DNA of 64,000 nucleotides from the NCBI GenBank assembly GCA_002269645.1, contig NIVC01000055.1, positions 1 through 64,000 on the forward strand. The letters run 5' to 3'. Made by a program: the position numbers and the translations under genes. Shown piece by piece: positions 21,175 to 34,440 of this stretch. The first letter of the stretch is position 1, and each line of letters opens with the position of its first letter. The DNA is from Macrostomum lignano (Eukaryota). A model generated the notes under the pieces. It ran no database searches. It had not been told where the DNA came from and worked only from the letters and a program-made list of their open reading frames with translations.

Positions 21175-21585
21175 CACTGAAGCTGTCCTGTCTCCACTGA
21201 AGCTGTCCTGTCTCCACTGAAGCTGTCCTGTCTCCACTGAAGCTGTCCTGTCTCCACTGAAGCTGTCCTGTCTCCACTGAAGCTGTCCTGTCTCCACTGA
21301 AGCTGTCCTGTCTCCACTGAAGCTGTCCTGTCTTCACTGAAGCTGTCCTGTCTCCACTGAAGCTGTCCTGTCTCCACTGAAGCTGTCCTGTCTCCACTGA
21401 AGCTGTCCTGTCTTCACTGAAGCTGTCCTGTCTTCACTGAAGCTGTCCTGTCTCCACTGAAGCTGTCCTGTCTCCACTGAAGCTGTCCTGTCTCCACTGA
21501 AGCTGTCCTGTCTTCACTGAAGCTGTCCTGTCTTCACTGAAGCTGTCCTGTCTCCACTGAAGCTGTCCTGTCTCCACTGAAGCAG
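21175..21585. repeat. 20-bp minisatellite (CTCCACTGAAGCTGTCCTGT), about 20 copies
   Basis: Read directly in GPCR intron 3. Confidence 0.96.
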
Positions 21586-21951
21586 TCTTTTGAATCAGAA
21601 ATCGTGACTTTTCGAAGGTTTTCAAGCGCAATTTTTTCCTGCCATTCAACATCGCCATTGCAGTTTCATTTGGTTTTCAAGTTTTAATAAAATGAGAGAA
21701 TCAATCCTGCTGGAAAAACTATAAAGTAATTAGGTTTGTTAATAATTTTATGGCAGACTAATTATTAAATGCTGCTTGATAAAAAAGTCAAGCAGCCCAG
21801 GCCTAAAAAACATGGATCGAGAGTTGCACAAGAACTTCTTGCAGTTTTTATGCTTCCGTTCTGATGCTCCACGAGGGCGCTTGCACTCGACAAGCAGGTA
21901 AGAGACTTGGCCTTTAGTCCGAGACACTGAGCTGTAGGTGAGATCGGATGA

Positions 21952-22320
<369 letters not shown>

Positions 22321-22784
22321 AGGCACATGCAGCATCTTGTCCTCATCAAGTAAGGACAGGCATGAGTGCCCCCATAGTAATCTTGGTTGCTGAATTCAGT
22401 AGGCGCTGAGGTGCTTTGAGTTGCAGCGCCATTTTCCCAATTGGATTATTCCCCAGCTCCAGGCCGGGAAGCATCCCATGGGAGCATCAAGTTGGGATTC
22501 TGGGGCTTGAGTAAATTTTATCAGATCATCGCCGAAATCAATTTGAAAATGCAGGCAGAAGTGTGCAAGAAATTGATGGGCCCTGAGCTGATGAAGGAAG
22601 GCACGTATCTCCTGCCAGTTCTGTCCTTCATTCCAGTTAACTCAATCCCATTTCAAGTGCCGATATCTGGCGCTCACAAATGGAGCATTATCTTTTCGAA
22701 TGCAGTCTAAGTTTGTTGTGCCAGTAGGAGAGTAGTTTTTTTATATTGCAGCGTTCAACTTTACTGTCTATGACTTTGATCATA

Positions 22785-23330
22785 GACCCTTTCACTCTGA
22801 TCATAGACCCATTCACTCTGATCATAAACCCATTCACTCTGATCATAGACCCATTCACTCTGATCATAGACCCATTCACTCTGATCATAGACCCATTCAC
22901 TCTGATCATAGACCCATTCACTCTGATCATAGACCCTTTCACTCTGATCAAATAGACCCATTCACTCTGATCATAGACCCATTCACTCTGATCATAGACC
23001 CATTCACTCTGATCATAGACCCTTTCACTCTGATCATAGACCCATTCACTCTGATCATAGACCCATTCACTCTGATCATAGACCCATTCACTCTGATCAT
23101 AGACCCATTCACTCTGATCATAGACCCATTCACTCTGATCATAGACCCATTCACTCTGATCATCGACCCATTCATTCTGATCATAGACCCATTCACTCTG
23201 ATCATAGACCCATTCACTCTGATCATAGACCCATTCACTCTGATCATAGACTCATTCACTCTGATCATAGACCCATTCACTCTGATCATAGACTCATTCA
23301 CTCCGATCATAGACCCACTCACTCTGATCA
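22785..23330. repeat. 21-bp minisatellite (GATCATAGACCCATTCACTCT), about 26 copies
   Basis: Read directly; it starts about 20 nt inside the donor of GPCR intron 3. Confidence 0.96.
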
Positions 23331-23352
23331 CCACCCACGCTCGGTGACTCAC

Positions 23353-23590
23353 CCCTCCATTGGCGAAGGCGTGCCACCCAAGAATGGGAATAATCCACAG
23401 AGCGGATGCGAGCCAAACCAGGAAGATCATGACGCGAGCTCGAGTTTTGGTTCGCTGGTGCAAGTAGAGCAGAGGGCTGGACACGGACCAGTAGCGGTCC
23501 AGGCTGAGGATCAGCAGGTTCAGAATTGACGCGGTGCTGGCAGTGTAGTCCACAGCGAGCCACAGCTGGCACAGGGCTCTGCCGAATTTC
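23353..23590 (-). CDS. HRH1: Histamine H1-like GPCR, exon 3 (TM3, DRY, TM4)
   Basis: Acceptor CACAG|G completes the TG+G Trp codon. Encodes KFGRALCQLWLAVDYTASTASILNLLILSLDRYWSV...RTKTRA...WIIPILGW. Donor GGG|GTGAGT at 23352. Confidence 0.93.
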
Positions 23591-23619
23591 CTGTGCGGCA
23601 TGGTTTAGTGGTGTCCAAG

Positions 23620-26600
23620 AGGCTAGATTAGCAATCCATTCTATTCCTTCATCCTTAATGGTGTTGGCTAGATTAGCAATCCATTCTATTCCTTCATCCT
23701 CAATGGTGTTGGCTAGATTAGCAATCCATTCTATTCCTTCATCCTCAATGGTGTTGGCTAGATTAGCAATCCATTCTATTCCTTCATCCTCAATTGTGTT
23801 GGCTAGATTAGCAATCCATTCTATTCCTTCATCCTCAATGGTGTTGGCTAGATTAGCAATCCATTCTATTCCTTCATCCTTAATGGTGTTGGCTAGATTA
23901 GCAATCCATTCTATTCCTTCATCCTCAATGGTGTTGGCTAGATTAGCAATCCATTCTATTCCTTCATCCTCAATTGTGTTGGCTAGATTAGCAATCCATT
24001 CTATTCCTTCATCCTCAATGGTGTTGGCTAGATTAGCAATCCATTCTATTCCTTCATCCTTAATGGTGTTGGCTAGATTAGCAATCCATTCTATTCCTTC
24101 ATCCTCAATGGTTTTGGCTAGATTAGCAATCCATTCTATTCCTTCATCCTCAATGGTGTTGGCTAGATTAGCAAATCATTCTATTCCTTCATCCTCAATG
24201 GTTTTGGCTAGATTAGCAATCCATTCTATTCCTTCATCCTCAATGGTGTTGGCTAGATTAGCAATCCATTCTATTCCTTCATCCTCAATGGTGTTGGCTA
24301 GATTAGCAATCCATTCTATTCCTTCATCCTCAATGGTGTTGGCTAGATTAGCAATCCATTCTATTCCTTCATCCTCAATTGTGTTGGCTAGATTAGCAAT
24401 CCATTCTATTCCTTCATCCTCAATGGTGTTGGCTAGATTAGCAAATCATTCTATTCCTTCATCCTCAATGGTGTTGGCTAGATTAGCAATCCATTCTATT
24501 CCTTCATCCTCAATGGTGTTGGCTAGATTAGCAATCCATTCTATTCCTTCATCCTCAATTGTGTTGGCTAGATTAGCAATCCATTCTATTCCTTCATCCT
24601 CAATGGTGTTGGCTAGATTAGCAATCCATTCTATTCCTTCATCCTTAATGGTGTTGGCTAGATTAGCAATCCATTCTATTCCTTCATCCTCAATGGTGTT
24701 GGCTAGATTAGCAATCCATTCTATTCCTTCATCCTCAATTGTGTTGGCTAGATTAGCAATCCATTCTATTCCTTCATCCTCAATGGTGTTGGCTAGATTA
24801 GCAATCCATTCTATTCCTTCATCCTCAATGGTGTTGGCTAGATTAGCAATCCATTCTATTCCTTCATCCTTAATGGTGTTGGCTAGATTAGCAATCCATT
24901 CTATTCCTTCATCCTCAATGGTGTTGGCTAGATTAGCAATCCATTCTATTCCTTCATCCTCAATTGTGTTGGCTAGATTAGCAATCCATTCTATTCCTTC
25001 ATCCTCAATGGTGTTGGCTAGATTAGCAATCCATTCTATTCCTTCATCCTCAATGGTTTTGGCTAGATTAGCAATCCATTCTATTCCTTCATCCTCAATG
25101 GTGTTGGCTAGATTAGCAAATCATTCTATTCCTTCATCCTCAATGGTTTTGGCTAGATTAGCAATCCATTCTATTCCTTCATCCTCAATGGTGTTGGCTA
25201 GATTAGCAAATCATTCTATTCCCTCATCCTCAATGGTTTTGGCTAGATTAGCAATCCATTCTATTCCTTCATCCTCAATTGTGTTGGCTAGATTAGCAAT
25301 CCATTCTATTCCTTCATCCTCAATGGTGTTGGCTAGATTAGCAAATCATTCTATTCCCTCATCCTCAATGGTTTTGGCTAGATTAGCAATCCATTCTATT
25401 CCTTCATCCTCAATTGTGTTGGCTAGATTAGCAATCCATTCTATTCCTTCATCCTCAATGGTGTTGGCTAGATTAGCAATCCATTCTATTCCTTCATCCT
25501 CAATGGTGTTGGCTAGATTAGCAATCCATTCTATTCCTTCATCCTTAATGGTGTTGGCTAGATTAGCAATCCATTCTATTCCTTCATCCTCAATGGTGTT
25601 GGCTAGATTAGCAATCCATTCTATTCCTTCATCCTCAATTGTGTTGGCTAGATTAGCAATCCATTCTATTCCTTCATCCTCAATGGTGTTGGCTAGATTA
25701 GCAATCCATTCTATTCCTTCATCCTCAATGGTTTTGGCTAGATTAGCAATCCATTCTATTCCTTCATCCTCAATGGTGTTGGCTAGATTAGCAAATCATT
25801 CTATTCCTTCATCCTCAATGGTTTTGGCTAGATTAGCAATCCATTCTATTCCTTCATCCTCAATGGTGTTGGCTAGATTAGCAATCCATTCTATTCCTTC
25901 ATCCTCAATGGTGTTGGCTAGATTAGCAATCCATTCTATTCCTTCATCCTCAATGGTTTTGGCTAGATTAGCAATCCATTCTATTCCTTCATCCTCAATG
26001 GTGTTGGCTAGATTAGCAATCCATTCTATTCCTTCATCCTCAATGGTTTTGGCTAGATTAGCAATCCATTCTATTCCTTCATCCTCAATGGTGTTGGCTA
26101 GATTAGCAAATCATTCTATTCCCTCATCCTCAATGGTTTTGGCTAGATTAGCAATCCATTCTATTCCTTCATCCTCAATGGTGTTGGCTAGATTAGCAAT
26201 CCATTCTATTCCTTCATCCTCAATGGTGTTGGCTAGATTAGCAAATCATTCTATTCCCTCATCCTCAATGGTTTTGGCTAGATTAGCAATCCATTCTATT
26301 TTTTCATCCTCAATGGTGTTGGCTAGATTAGCAAATCATTCTATTCCTTCATCCTCAATGGTGTTGGCTAGATTAGCAATCCATTCTATTCCTTCATCCT
26401 CAATGGTGTTGGCTAGATTAGCAAATCATTCTATTCCCTCATCCTCAATGGTGTTGGCTAGATTAGCAAATCATTCTATTCCCTCATCCTCAATGGTTTT
26501 GGCTAGATTAGCAATCCATTCTATTCCTTCATCCTCAATGGTGTTGGCTAGATTAGCAATCCATTCTATTCCTTCATCCTCAATGGTGTTGGCTAGATTA

Positions 26601-27155
26601 GCAATCCATTCTATTCCTTCATCCTCAATGGTTTTGGCTAGATTAGCAAATCATTCTATTCCTTCATCCTCAATGGTGTTGGCTAGATTAGCAAATCATT
26701 CTATTCCTTCATCCTCAATTGTGTTGGCTAGATTAGCAATCCATTCTATTCCTTCATCCTCAATGGTGTTGGCTAGATTAGCAAATCATTCTATTCCCTC
26801 ATCCTCAATGGTGTTGGCTAGATTAGCAAATCATTCTATTCCCTCATCCTCAATGGTTTTGGCTAGATTAGCAATCCATTCTATTCCTTCATCCTCAATG
26901 GTGTTGGCTAGATTAGCAATCCATTCTATTCCTTCATCCTCAATGGTGTTGGCTAGATTAGCAATCCATTCTATTCCTTCATCCTCAATGGTTTTGGCTA
27001 GATTAGCAATCCATTCTATTCCTTCATCCTCAATGGTGTTGGCTAGATTAGCAATCCATTCTATTCCTTCATCCTCAATGGTTTTGGCTAGATTAGCAAT
27101 CCATTCTATTCCTTCATCCTCAATGGTGTTGGCTAGATTAGCAATCCATTCTATT
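23620..27155. repeat. 42-bp satellite (GGCTAGATTAGCAATCCATTCTATTCCTTCATCCTCAATGGTGTT-type), about 84 copies, 3.5 kb
   Basis: Read directly in GPCR intron 2; it produces the spurious 1231-aa ORF. Confidence 0.97.
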
Positions 27156-27367
27156 TTTTCAGTACACCATGAACTATCTACTATGTACTTTAACAAAAAC
27201 AAGAAGTGGCATTTTCACTGAAAGACATGAACTGCAGGGGTCTCTAAAGTGGCTCAGCAGGGGCAGGCAGCTCAAGCAGCATTAATTTAATAAAACTTGC
27301 TCTGAAATTTAAGCCGAAGGCTTCGAAGACTTGACTTTTTGATGAGAAATACGGCACAGTGCAGAGC

Positions 27368-27785
27368 CACAGTCAGTGCCATTCTCCCATCTGTCAGTGC
27401 CATTCTCCTATCTGTCAGTGCCATTCTCCCATCTGTCAGTGCCATTCTCCCATCTATCAGTGCCATTCTCTCATCTATCAGTGCCACTCTCTTATCTATC
27501 AGTGCCATTCTCCCATCTATCAATGCCATTCTCCTATCTATCAATGCCATTCTCCCATCTATCAGTGCCATTCTCTTATCTATCAGTGCCATTCTCTCAT
27601 CTATCAGTCCCATTCTCTTATCTATCAGTGCCATTCTCTCATCTATCAGTGCCATTCTCTTATCTATCAGTGCCATTCTCTTATCTATCAGTGCCATTCT
27701 CTTATCTATCAGTGCCATTCTCTTATCTATCAGTGCCATTCTCTTATCTATCAGTGCCATTCTCTTATCTATCAGTGCCATTCTC
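27368..27785. repeat. 21-bp minisatellite (ATCAGTGCCATTCTCTTATCT), about 20 copies
   Basis: Read directly; it starts about 65 nt inside the donor of GPCR intron 2. Confidence 0.95.
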
Positions 27786-27851
27786 CGCACCGAACTCTGC
27801 GGGGCCGCTCCCCAACTCATGAAGCGCAATAAATCATAACCCCGCACTGAC

Positions 27852-27949
27852 CAGCTGTCGGACAGCACGTACACAGCGGATATCGGCATGACAAAAGTGC
27901 CAACCGTGAGATCGGCCGCGGCCAGAGACACAATGAACATGTTGCACAC
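27852..27949 (-). CDS. HRH1: Histamine H1-like GPCR, exon 2 (TM2)
   Basis: Acceptor CAACAG|GTG; encodes VCNMFIVSLAAADLTVGTFVMPISAVYVLSDS; phase-2 donor TG|GTCAGT. Confidence 0.92.
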
Positions 27950-28124
27950 CTGTTGATAAATCAATTTAGGGTCAATAATTTCAGGCAATAAAAGTTATAA
28001 ATTTATTAGCTTCTATACTAAACTGTTGACTGCTTAAGACAATGAAACTCATTTTAAATCAAGCATTGACTTGTCATACAACTCACCATTAGTCATATAC
28101 TCACTGTTGATGGCCATACACAAA

Positions 28125-28505
28125 TTGTTGGTCATCGACCTACTGTTGGTCATAGACTCACTGTTGGTCATAGACTCACTGTTGGTCATAGACTCACTTT
28201 TGGTCATAGACTCACTGTTGGTCATAGACTCACTGTTGGTCATAGACTCACTGTTGGTCATAGACTCACTGTTGGTCATAGACTCACTGTTGGTCATAGA
28301 CTCACTTTTGGTCATAGACTCACTGTTGGTCATAGACTCACTGTTGGTCATAGACTCACTGTTGGTCATAGACTCACTGTTGGTCATAGACTCACTGTTG
28401 GTCATAGACTCACTGTTGGTCATAGACTCACTTTTGGTCATAGACTCACTATTGGTCATAGACTCACTGTTGGTCATAGACTCACTGTTGGTCATAGACT
28501 CACTG
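28125..28505. repeat. 18-bp minisatellite (GTCATAGACTCACTGTTG), about 21 copies
   Basis: Read directly in GPCR intron 1. Confidence 0.96.
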
Positions 28506-29132
28506 TAGTTCATACCTATGGGCTGCCAAGCAACATACCATATCGTTTCTTACCATTTTTATCTGTGCACTTTAATACCCCCGAGCCAGGCACTCTCTGA
28601 TCTGCCGCGGGTCAAGACCATTGGATATTTATACTCACAGCACCTCCCCTCCCAGAAGCAGAGACTATGCAAATGGCTTCCACTGGAACAGAGCAGCTCT
28701 CTTTGATGCCGCGGCTTCCTGACTCAGGATGTGGCCAGGAGATTGCTAATTTCATATTTCTCCTGTCAGCCCCGCTCCTCTTCCGCCTCAATCTTGTTGC
28801 CAAGCTAAAATTAGCAATTCTGCTTTCTCTCAAAGACAGACATCAGCGATTCTGCTTCCGACTCTAGGAACCGCTGGTCGACATTTTGCTGACAAAGAAA
28901 AACTGCCAAACAGGCATTGCTGGCTTTGCTCTGCCATAACGAATTTAAGAATAAAGTATAAGAACACTGAAGAGTGGTAGAGGAGGAAGTTAAAAAAAAT
29001 TTCCGGATTCTTTACCATGGGAAAAACTGTTTAACCGACAAACATCCTGTACCGCAGTTATGCTCGTAAACAAATTTAAAACAATTTGATTAGTAAAAAC
29101 ATTGATAAAAATATTGATAATAGAATAACAAG

Positions 29133-29610
<478 letters not shown>

Positions 29611-30149
29611 CGGGCAGACAGGCATAATACGCTCGTACAATGCCCCCCGGCCATCCCCAAAGAAAAGAAGGAACTGTCAATCACTTTTCTCTCCGTTTCA
29701 TTCCCGATATTTTCACGAAAATTTCCGATATGAAATTTGAAACCAGAATCTCGGGCACACAAACAATCAAGTGTTATTCTATCACAGCGGCGCATCTCTC
29801 GGTCGCATCTGTCTCACTGCAGTCCAACAGAGCAGCAAACTGAAGCTCCGCAGCTGCAGGCCAGAAGTTCATGTTCTTCTTGGCGAGAAACTACTGCCGA
29901 AGCATTCTTATGTTTACAAGGCCTGATTACTCATGCAAATTTAGTCGGCGCATGACATCCCCCCTAGATTAGCGTGTGTCAAGTTGTGGTTGGCTCAAGC
30001 AAACAGTTGGTCTGGATAGCAGCTGACTTGTTGCATGTTTGAAGGCTGAGTAAACAGGGATTTGGGACCAGAGACTGATTGAGACCCGAGTACTGTAGGA
30101 GGTAGACTGACGGGATTCGAGATGTAGTGCATGTGGGCTGAGAAGTTAG

Positions 30150-30380
30150 TGCACGGGTTGGATGTGGTCTGAGAAGTAGGGCTCGGGGTGGATGTGGGCT
30201 GAGAAGTTAGTGCACGGGTTGGATGTGGGCTGAGAAGTAGGGCTCGGGGTGGATGTGGGCTGAGAAGTAGGGCACGGGTTGGATGTGGGCTGAGAAGTAG
30301 GGCTCGGGGTGGATGTGGGCTGAGAAGTAGGGCACGGGTTGGATGTGGGCTGAGAAGTAGGGCTCGGGGTGGATGTGGGC
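30150..30380. repeat. 30-bp minisatellite with two alternating variants (60-bp dimer)
   Basis: GGGTGGATGTGGGCTGAGAAGTAGGGCTCG alternates with a GGGCACGGGTT variant; it begins about 40 nt inside the donor of GPCR intron 1. Confidence 0.9.
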
Positions 30381-30418
30381 TGCTAAGGTATTTAGAGGCT
30401 CCAGCCGCCCGCACTCAC

Positions 30419-30580
30419 AGTCTGCAGTCGTTTCTCCGTCCGAACGGCGTGCAGCACCATGGCGTTGCCGAGGCAGGTTGCCAGGCTCACTGTGCTCAGC
30501 AGCAGGCCAAGGAACACCCGGCTGACAACGGCGCCGGATAGCGGCGCCTCCCAACTGGAGTTTTGGGTCGAGTTCGACAT
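30419..30580 (-). CDS. HRH1: Histamine H1-like GPCR, exon 1 (N-terminus, TM1); the full model is about 490 aa
   Basis: MSNSTQNSSW (two N-glycosylation sequons)...LGNAMVLHAVRTEKRLQT resembles H1R NLLVLYAVRSERKLHT. Donor ACT|GTGAGT at 30418. All five exons join in phase (162+98+238+240+735 nt). Confidence 0.9.
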
Positions 30581-31254
30581 CTTCGGATGCAGACAGAAAT
30601 GACGCGTTCGTCATTAAACGTCATTCTGCTAATCATATTTAAGTCGGCGTTCCTGCAAGCTTTCGATGCAGCACTCGAGAAATTTCTATTGGCCTTGAAG
30701 CTGGAAGCCGTGCCATTGGCCAGCTGATAAGGTAGGGCTTTTTAATTGAAGTAATGGTTCGATGTCTAACATAAATTAATTGCAAAAAATGCTCCCCAGG
30801 AGTACCGCTTGCTTGAAACAACACGTGCATGCATAGATTGGCTTCATCTATACTTCATCTGATTTAGAAATGCAGCCAGGTACGCACGAACACCGAGATG
30901 GAACTGGCTGAGACTACAATTAGACTGCGGATCTGACGATGAATGATTATTCCCGAAAAATGTGTTGAAAGAGAGGCAGGGCATTCCGAAACATCTGCCG
31001 ATTTCCGATGCTCAGCAATCGGTGCGGCTGAGTCTGACTGAGTTCTGACTGTTGACATTCCGCCATCATTGCCCCGACTGAGAGAGAAGCCCCTTCGTCA
31101 ATGTTTCTGTTGAGAAGCTCTGTGGCTTCCCAAAACACTCTTCTTGGGCTGATCTGCACTGGCAATCATGCACTTCCCTCGTGCCCATGCATCCTATATG
31201 AATGAATTAAACCTAATCAGTCCATTTTGTAAGCTACTAGCTACTAGCTTATTC

Positions 31255-31440
31255 TTGCGAGTGTGCAGGACTTGTTTCTCTGTGCAAGACCTTGCGAGTG
31301 TCCTGAAGTGCAAGACCTGCATCTCTGTGCAACACCTGCGAGTGTCCTGTGCAACACCTTGCGAGTGTCCTGTGCAACACCTGCGAGTGTCCTGTGCAAC
31401 ACCTTGCGAGTGTCCTGTGTAAGACCTTGCGAGTGTCCTG
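31255..31440. repeat. 22-23-bp tandem repeat (GCAACACCTTGCGAGTGTCCTGT)
   Basis: Read directly. Confidence 0.85.
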
Positions 31441-31854
31441 TGGAGAACTCTTCCAATCCGCCTGACCATCAAACGCCAGCCAAGGGTTTCAGATACGAGT
31501 AGCGGTGCGACAACAACTGGAAGAGAGGCGAGTTCAGTCCGAGAAAAGGGAGTGCAAGACTCCCATGCAAGAAGTGTCTGACAGAAGCATTCACTGAAAG
31601 CTCGGGATTGCGTAGCTGCACTTCTAGTCCGGTAGAGTTCTTTCAAGCACACGACGTCGGTACGTCGTAAGGGGAAATGAAGGCGAGGATCGGAACAACC
31701 AGAACAAGCAGAATGTCATTCTTCTTGAAGCTCTCATTGGTTTCGGAACGGCAGCCATAAAATTCATATAATCGCAGGTAGTTTAACGCATCTTTGTGTG
31801 TGCCATGGATAGTTGAAATACTACGTGGCACAATTTTAAACTCGTTTCAGTTAA

Positions 31855-32630
31855 ATACATAATAATATAGCATTTTGCAGCCCATTTGGGCTTACGCGCA
31901 TTTAATTTAATCCAAGATACATTTGCCAATGTAACAGAGCTTTTGTCTGTGGTAGCAAGGCTGGCGCAGCGGCATTTAATTTGGTCCAAAAAGCATCCAT
32001 TTGGTCCAAACACTCGTGAGCCATTGGACAAACTCTTGCCTTCTCGCAACCGTCTGCAGGTTGTTGCGCACCGCTGGAATGTCAGCGTCTCTTACCAAAA
32101 GTTTTCAGTTGCTTTTCCAGAGCTCTGCTGATAGTCGAAATCTGATAACCAACTGGAGCTGTTCCCTCAACTTCTGCTGCATTTCGGCAACGTCAACAAA
32201 GGGTTCGTCTCCACTGCATCGAGTAGCAGTTGGACCTGAGGCTCTCGAGCAACTTTCCTTGGCGATTGCCACCCTTTCGCAGGCAATCTCTGCCGGCAGA
32301 GTTTCAACGCGCTGCTAGATGCTGTAAACCACCATTTCTTTCACATTCAGCAACCTTGCAATGTCCTTTGGGTGTTCACCTCCGTCGAGTGCTTCGATCA
32401 CAAGCCAATGACATTCGTTCAATAGCCTAGCATATGGTCCACAATTCTGGGACTGAGCTGCAAATGAACTAAATGGACCAAATTGATGCTTGTTGGACCA
32501 AATTAAATGCCGCTGTGCCAGCCTTGCTACCATAGACAAAAGCTCCATTGCTTTGACAAACATATCTTGGATTAAATTCAATGCGCGTAACCCTAAATGG
32601 GCTGCAAAAAGCTATATGTTATGTAAGTAA
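31855..32630 (-). mobile_element. Non-autonomous DNA transposon with long (about 150-bp) terminal inverted repeats and a decayed Tc1/IS630-type HTH fragment
   Basis: 31855-31990 is the inverse of 32465-32627. The interior reads DIARLLNVKEMVVYSI*QR...KGGNRQGKL...LLDAVETNPLLTL. Confidence 0.7.
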
Positions 32631-33172
32631 TGTTCAGCGGGTTGAATTCTATTATATAGTGGGGTTGTCTGCCTCGCTCCCTTTTGGCTATTAGACGAAT
32701 GATGACACGGAGCTTTGACACGAAAAATTTTAAACATCGATGAATAGATGACAATAATGAAGATAGGAGATAGTGCACGTAAGAATGGGGCTCTAGTTTT
32801 GTTCTTCTTTTGTTTTACTCATAAAAACAGCATCGTGAGTAAAATTTAATCTCCCTTGAAACATTTTAAAAATTAAAATAATCTACAATAATTTTTAGAA
32901 AACAGACGATCTTTTAGATATAATGCCTGCCTGAATATCTGTCTAGAAAACCCACCCATGCAATTTAGTCAGCAAGTTTATTTCTATTATGCTCACAGAC
33001 ACAGGTCGCAGCTCGTGCAGTATTCTAAAATTTCTCATGTAATATTATTACATGATATGAATAAGTAGGCCTATATTCTTCTATAGAGTATAAAAGTACA
33101 TTAGCCTTTTATTTTATCCACATTAATTTTAAACTATGCCCTATAATATTGAAGTTAGGCCTAGATACTAAT

Positions 33173-33290
33173 CAGGGGTGTAGCCAAGGGGAGTACACGG
33201 ACACCAGGGGCATGCTTCCATTGCTAACATTGGAAATGGATTGATGTCTTTGTCCCCCCTCCCTTGACATGAATCCTGGCTATGCACCTG
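33173..33290. mobile_element. hAT-type MITE, 118 bp
   Basis: Ends CAGGGGTGTAGCCA / TGGCTATGCACCTG with an 8-bp flanking duplication ATACTAAT / ATATTAAT. Confidence 0.7.
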
Positions 33291-33667
33291 ATATTAATTC
33301 TAATATTTTTTTACTTGTAATAAATATATCAAGATTAGAGTTAGACCTCTAGGCCATCTGAAAATAAAAACTACAAATGGATGAAAGTCACTAAAAGAGC
33401 CTACTATATATTGCAAGATTGCTCATTCCTTTAGCATATTCATTTATTTTAATCATTTAATTTTATTAATTAATTAATTCTCTATTATTAGATTTTTTAG
33501 ATTTCAAAGCTTATGGGGCATCGCTGAGATGTCAAGGGGGAGTTGATATATTAAGGCTTGTGGGGAGAATTGTTGACATGTCAAGGCTTACAAGGGACTG
33601 CTAGGATAAAATGCAAAGAGACGCTACATGTAGTTTATTAAACCAACTTGTACTGCATTTTTGGCTC

Positions 33668-34440
33668 CCGAATTGGGGGGCGCTGATTGCTAGTTTCTTT
33701 TAGATTTCTTAAAGCACAGCTTCTCTAAACATAGCATGCTAGCATTATCTTGGGCATCCTGCTGTCTAGTTGGTGGGTCCATGAGAATTGCCCGCAGATG
33801 AATTGCCTGCCAAGATTTGCCCATAGGAGATGGGCTTTTTCTGCCAAGATTTGCCTGCAGTGCATTTTGCCTATGAGGGAATTGCCCATGGAGATTTGCC
33901 TGCCAAGAATTGCCTATTGAGATTTGCTCACAGTGCATTTTGCCTGTGAGCAAATTGCCCATAGAGATTTGCCCGCAATACAATTTGCCCTCAAGTGGAT
34001 TGCCTGCAAGCGAGTTGCCCGTAGAGTTTTTCCCATTGTGGTTTGCCTACAATGCTTTTTTATTGCAGATTTTGTCTGCATTGCCTTCCCAATGCTTATT
34101 ATATGTAATACATCTTAGTAAAAAGATTTACACCAAAACTTTTTGATAGTAATTGCATATCAACTGCATATTTTTGGGGGGCCAGGCAATACAGACAGAA
34201 TCTAGCTACCAAATCTACTGTAGTAAAAAAGCATTGTGGGCAAACCTTGGCAGGAAAAAACTCTTCAGGCAACTCGCTCATGGGCAATTCATTGCGGGCA
34301 AATTGCACTGCGAACAAATCTCGGCAGGCAATTCTCGGCAGGCAAATCTCCACAGGCAATTTACTCACAGGCAAAATGCACTGTTTACAAATCTCTTTAG
34401 GCAAATCTTCTGCAGGCATTTCTCGTGCTCCCCTAATTGG
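33668..34440. mobile_element. Foldback-like element built of inverted GGCAAAT/ATTTGCC-rich repeats
   Basis: 33790-34090 and 34210-34420 are inverted copies, giving mirror ORFs QISxGNSxQANL on opposite strands. The outer ends AATTGGGGGGCGC / GTGCTCCCCTAATT are roughly inverted. Confidence 0.55.

Noticed and set aside
23526-27221. 1231-aa ORF of MVLARLAIHSIPSS repeats
   Set aside because: It is the stop-free frame of a 42-bp satellite lying antisense inside a GPCR intron; there is no unique domain or independent gene signal.
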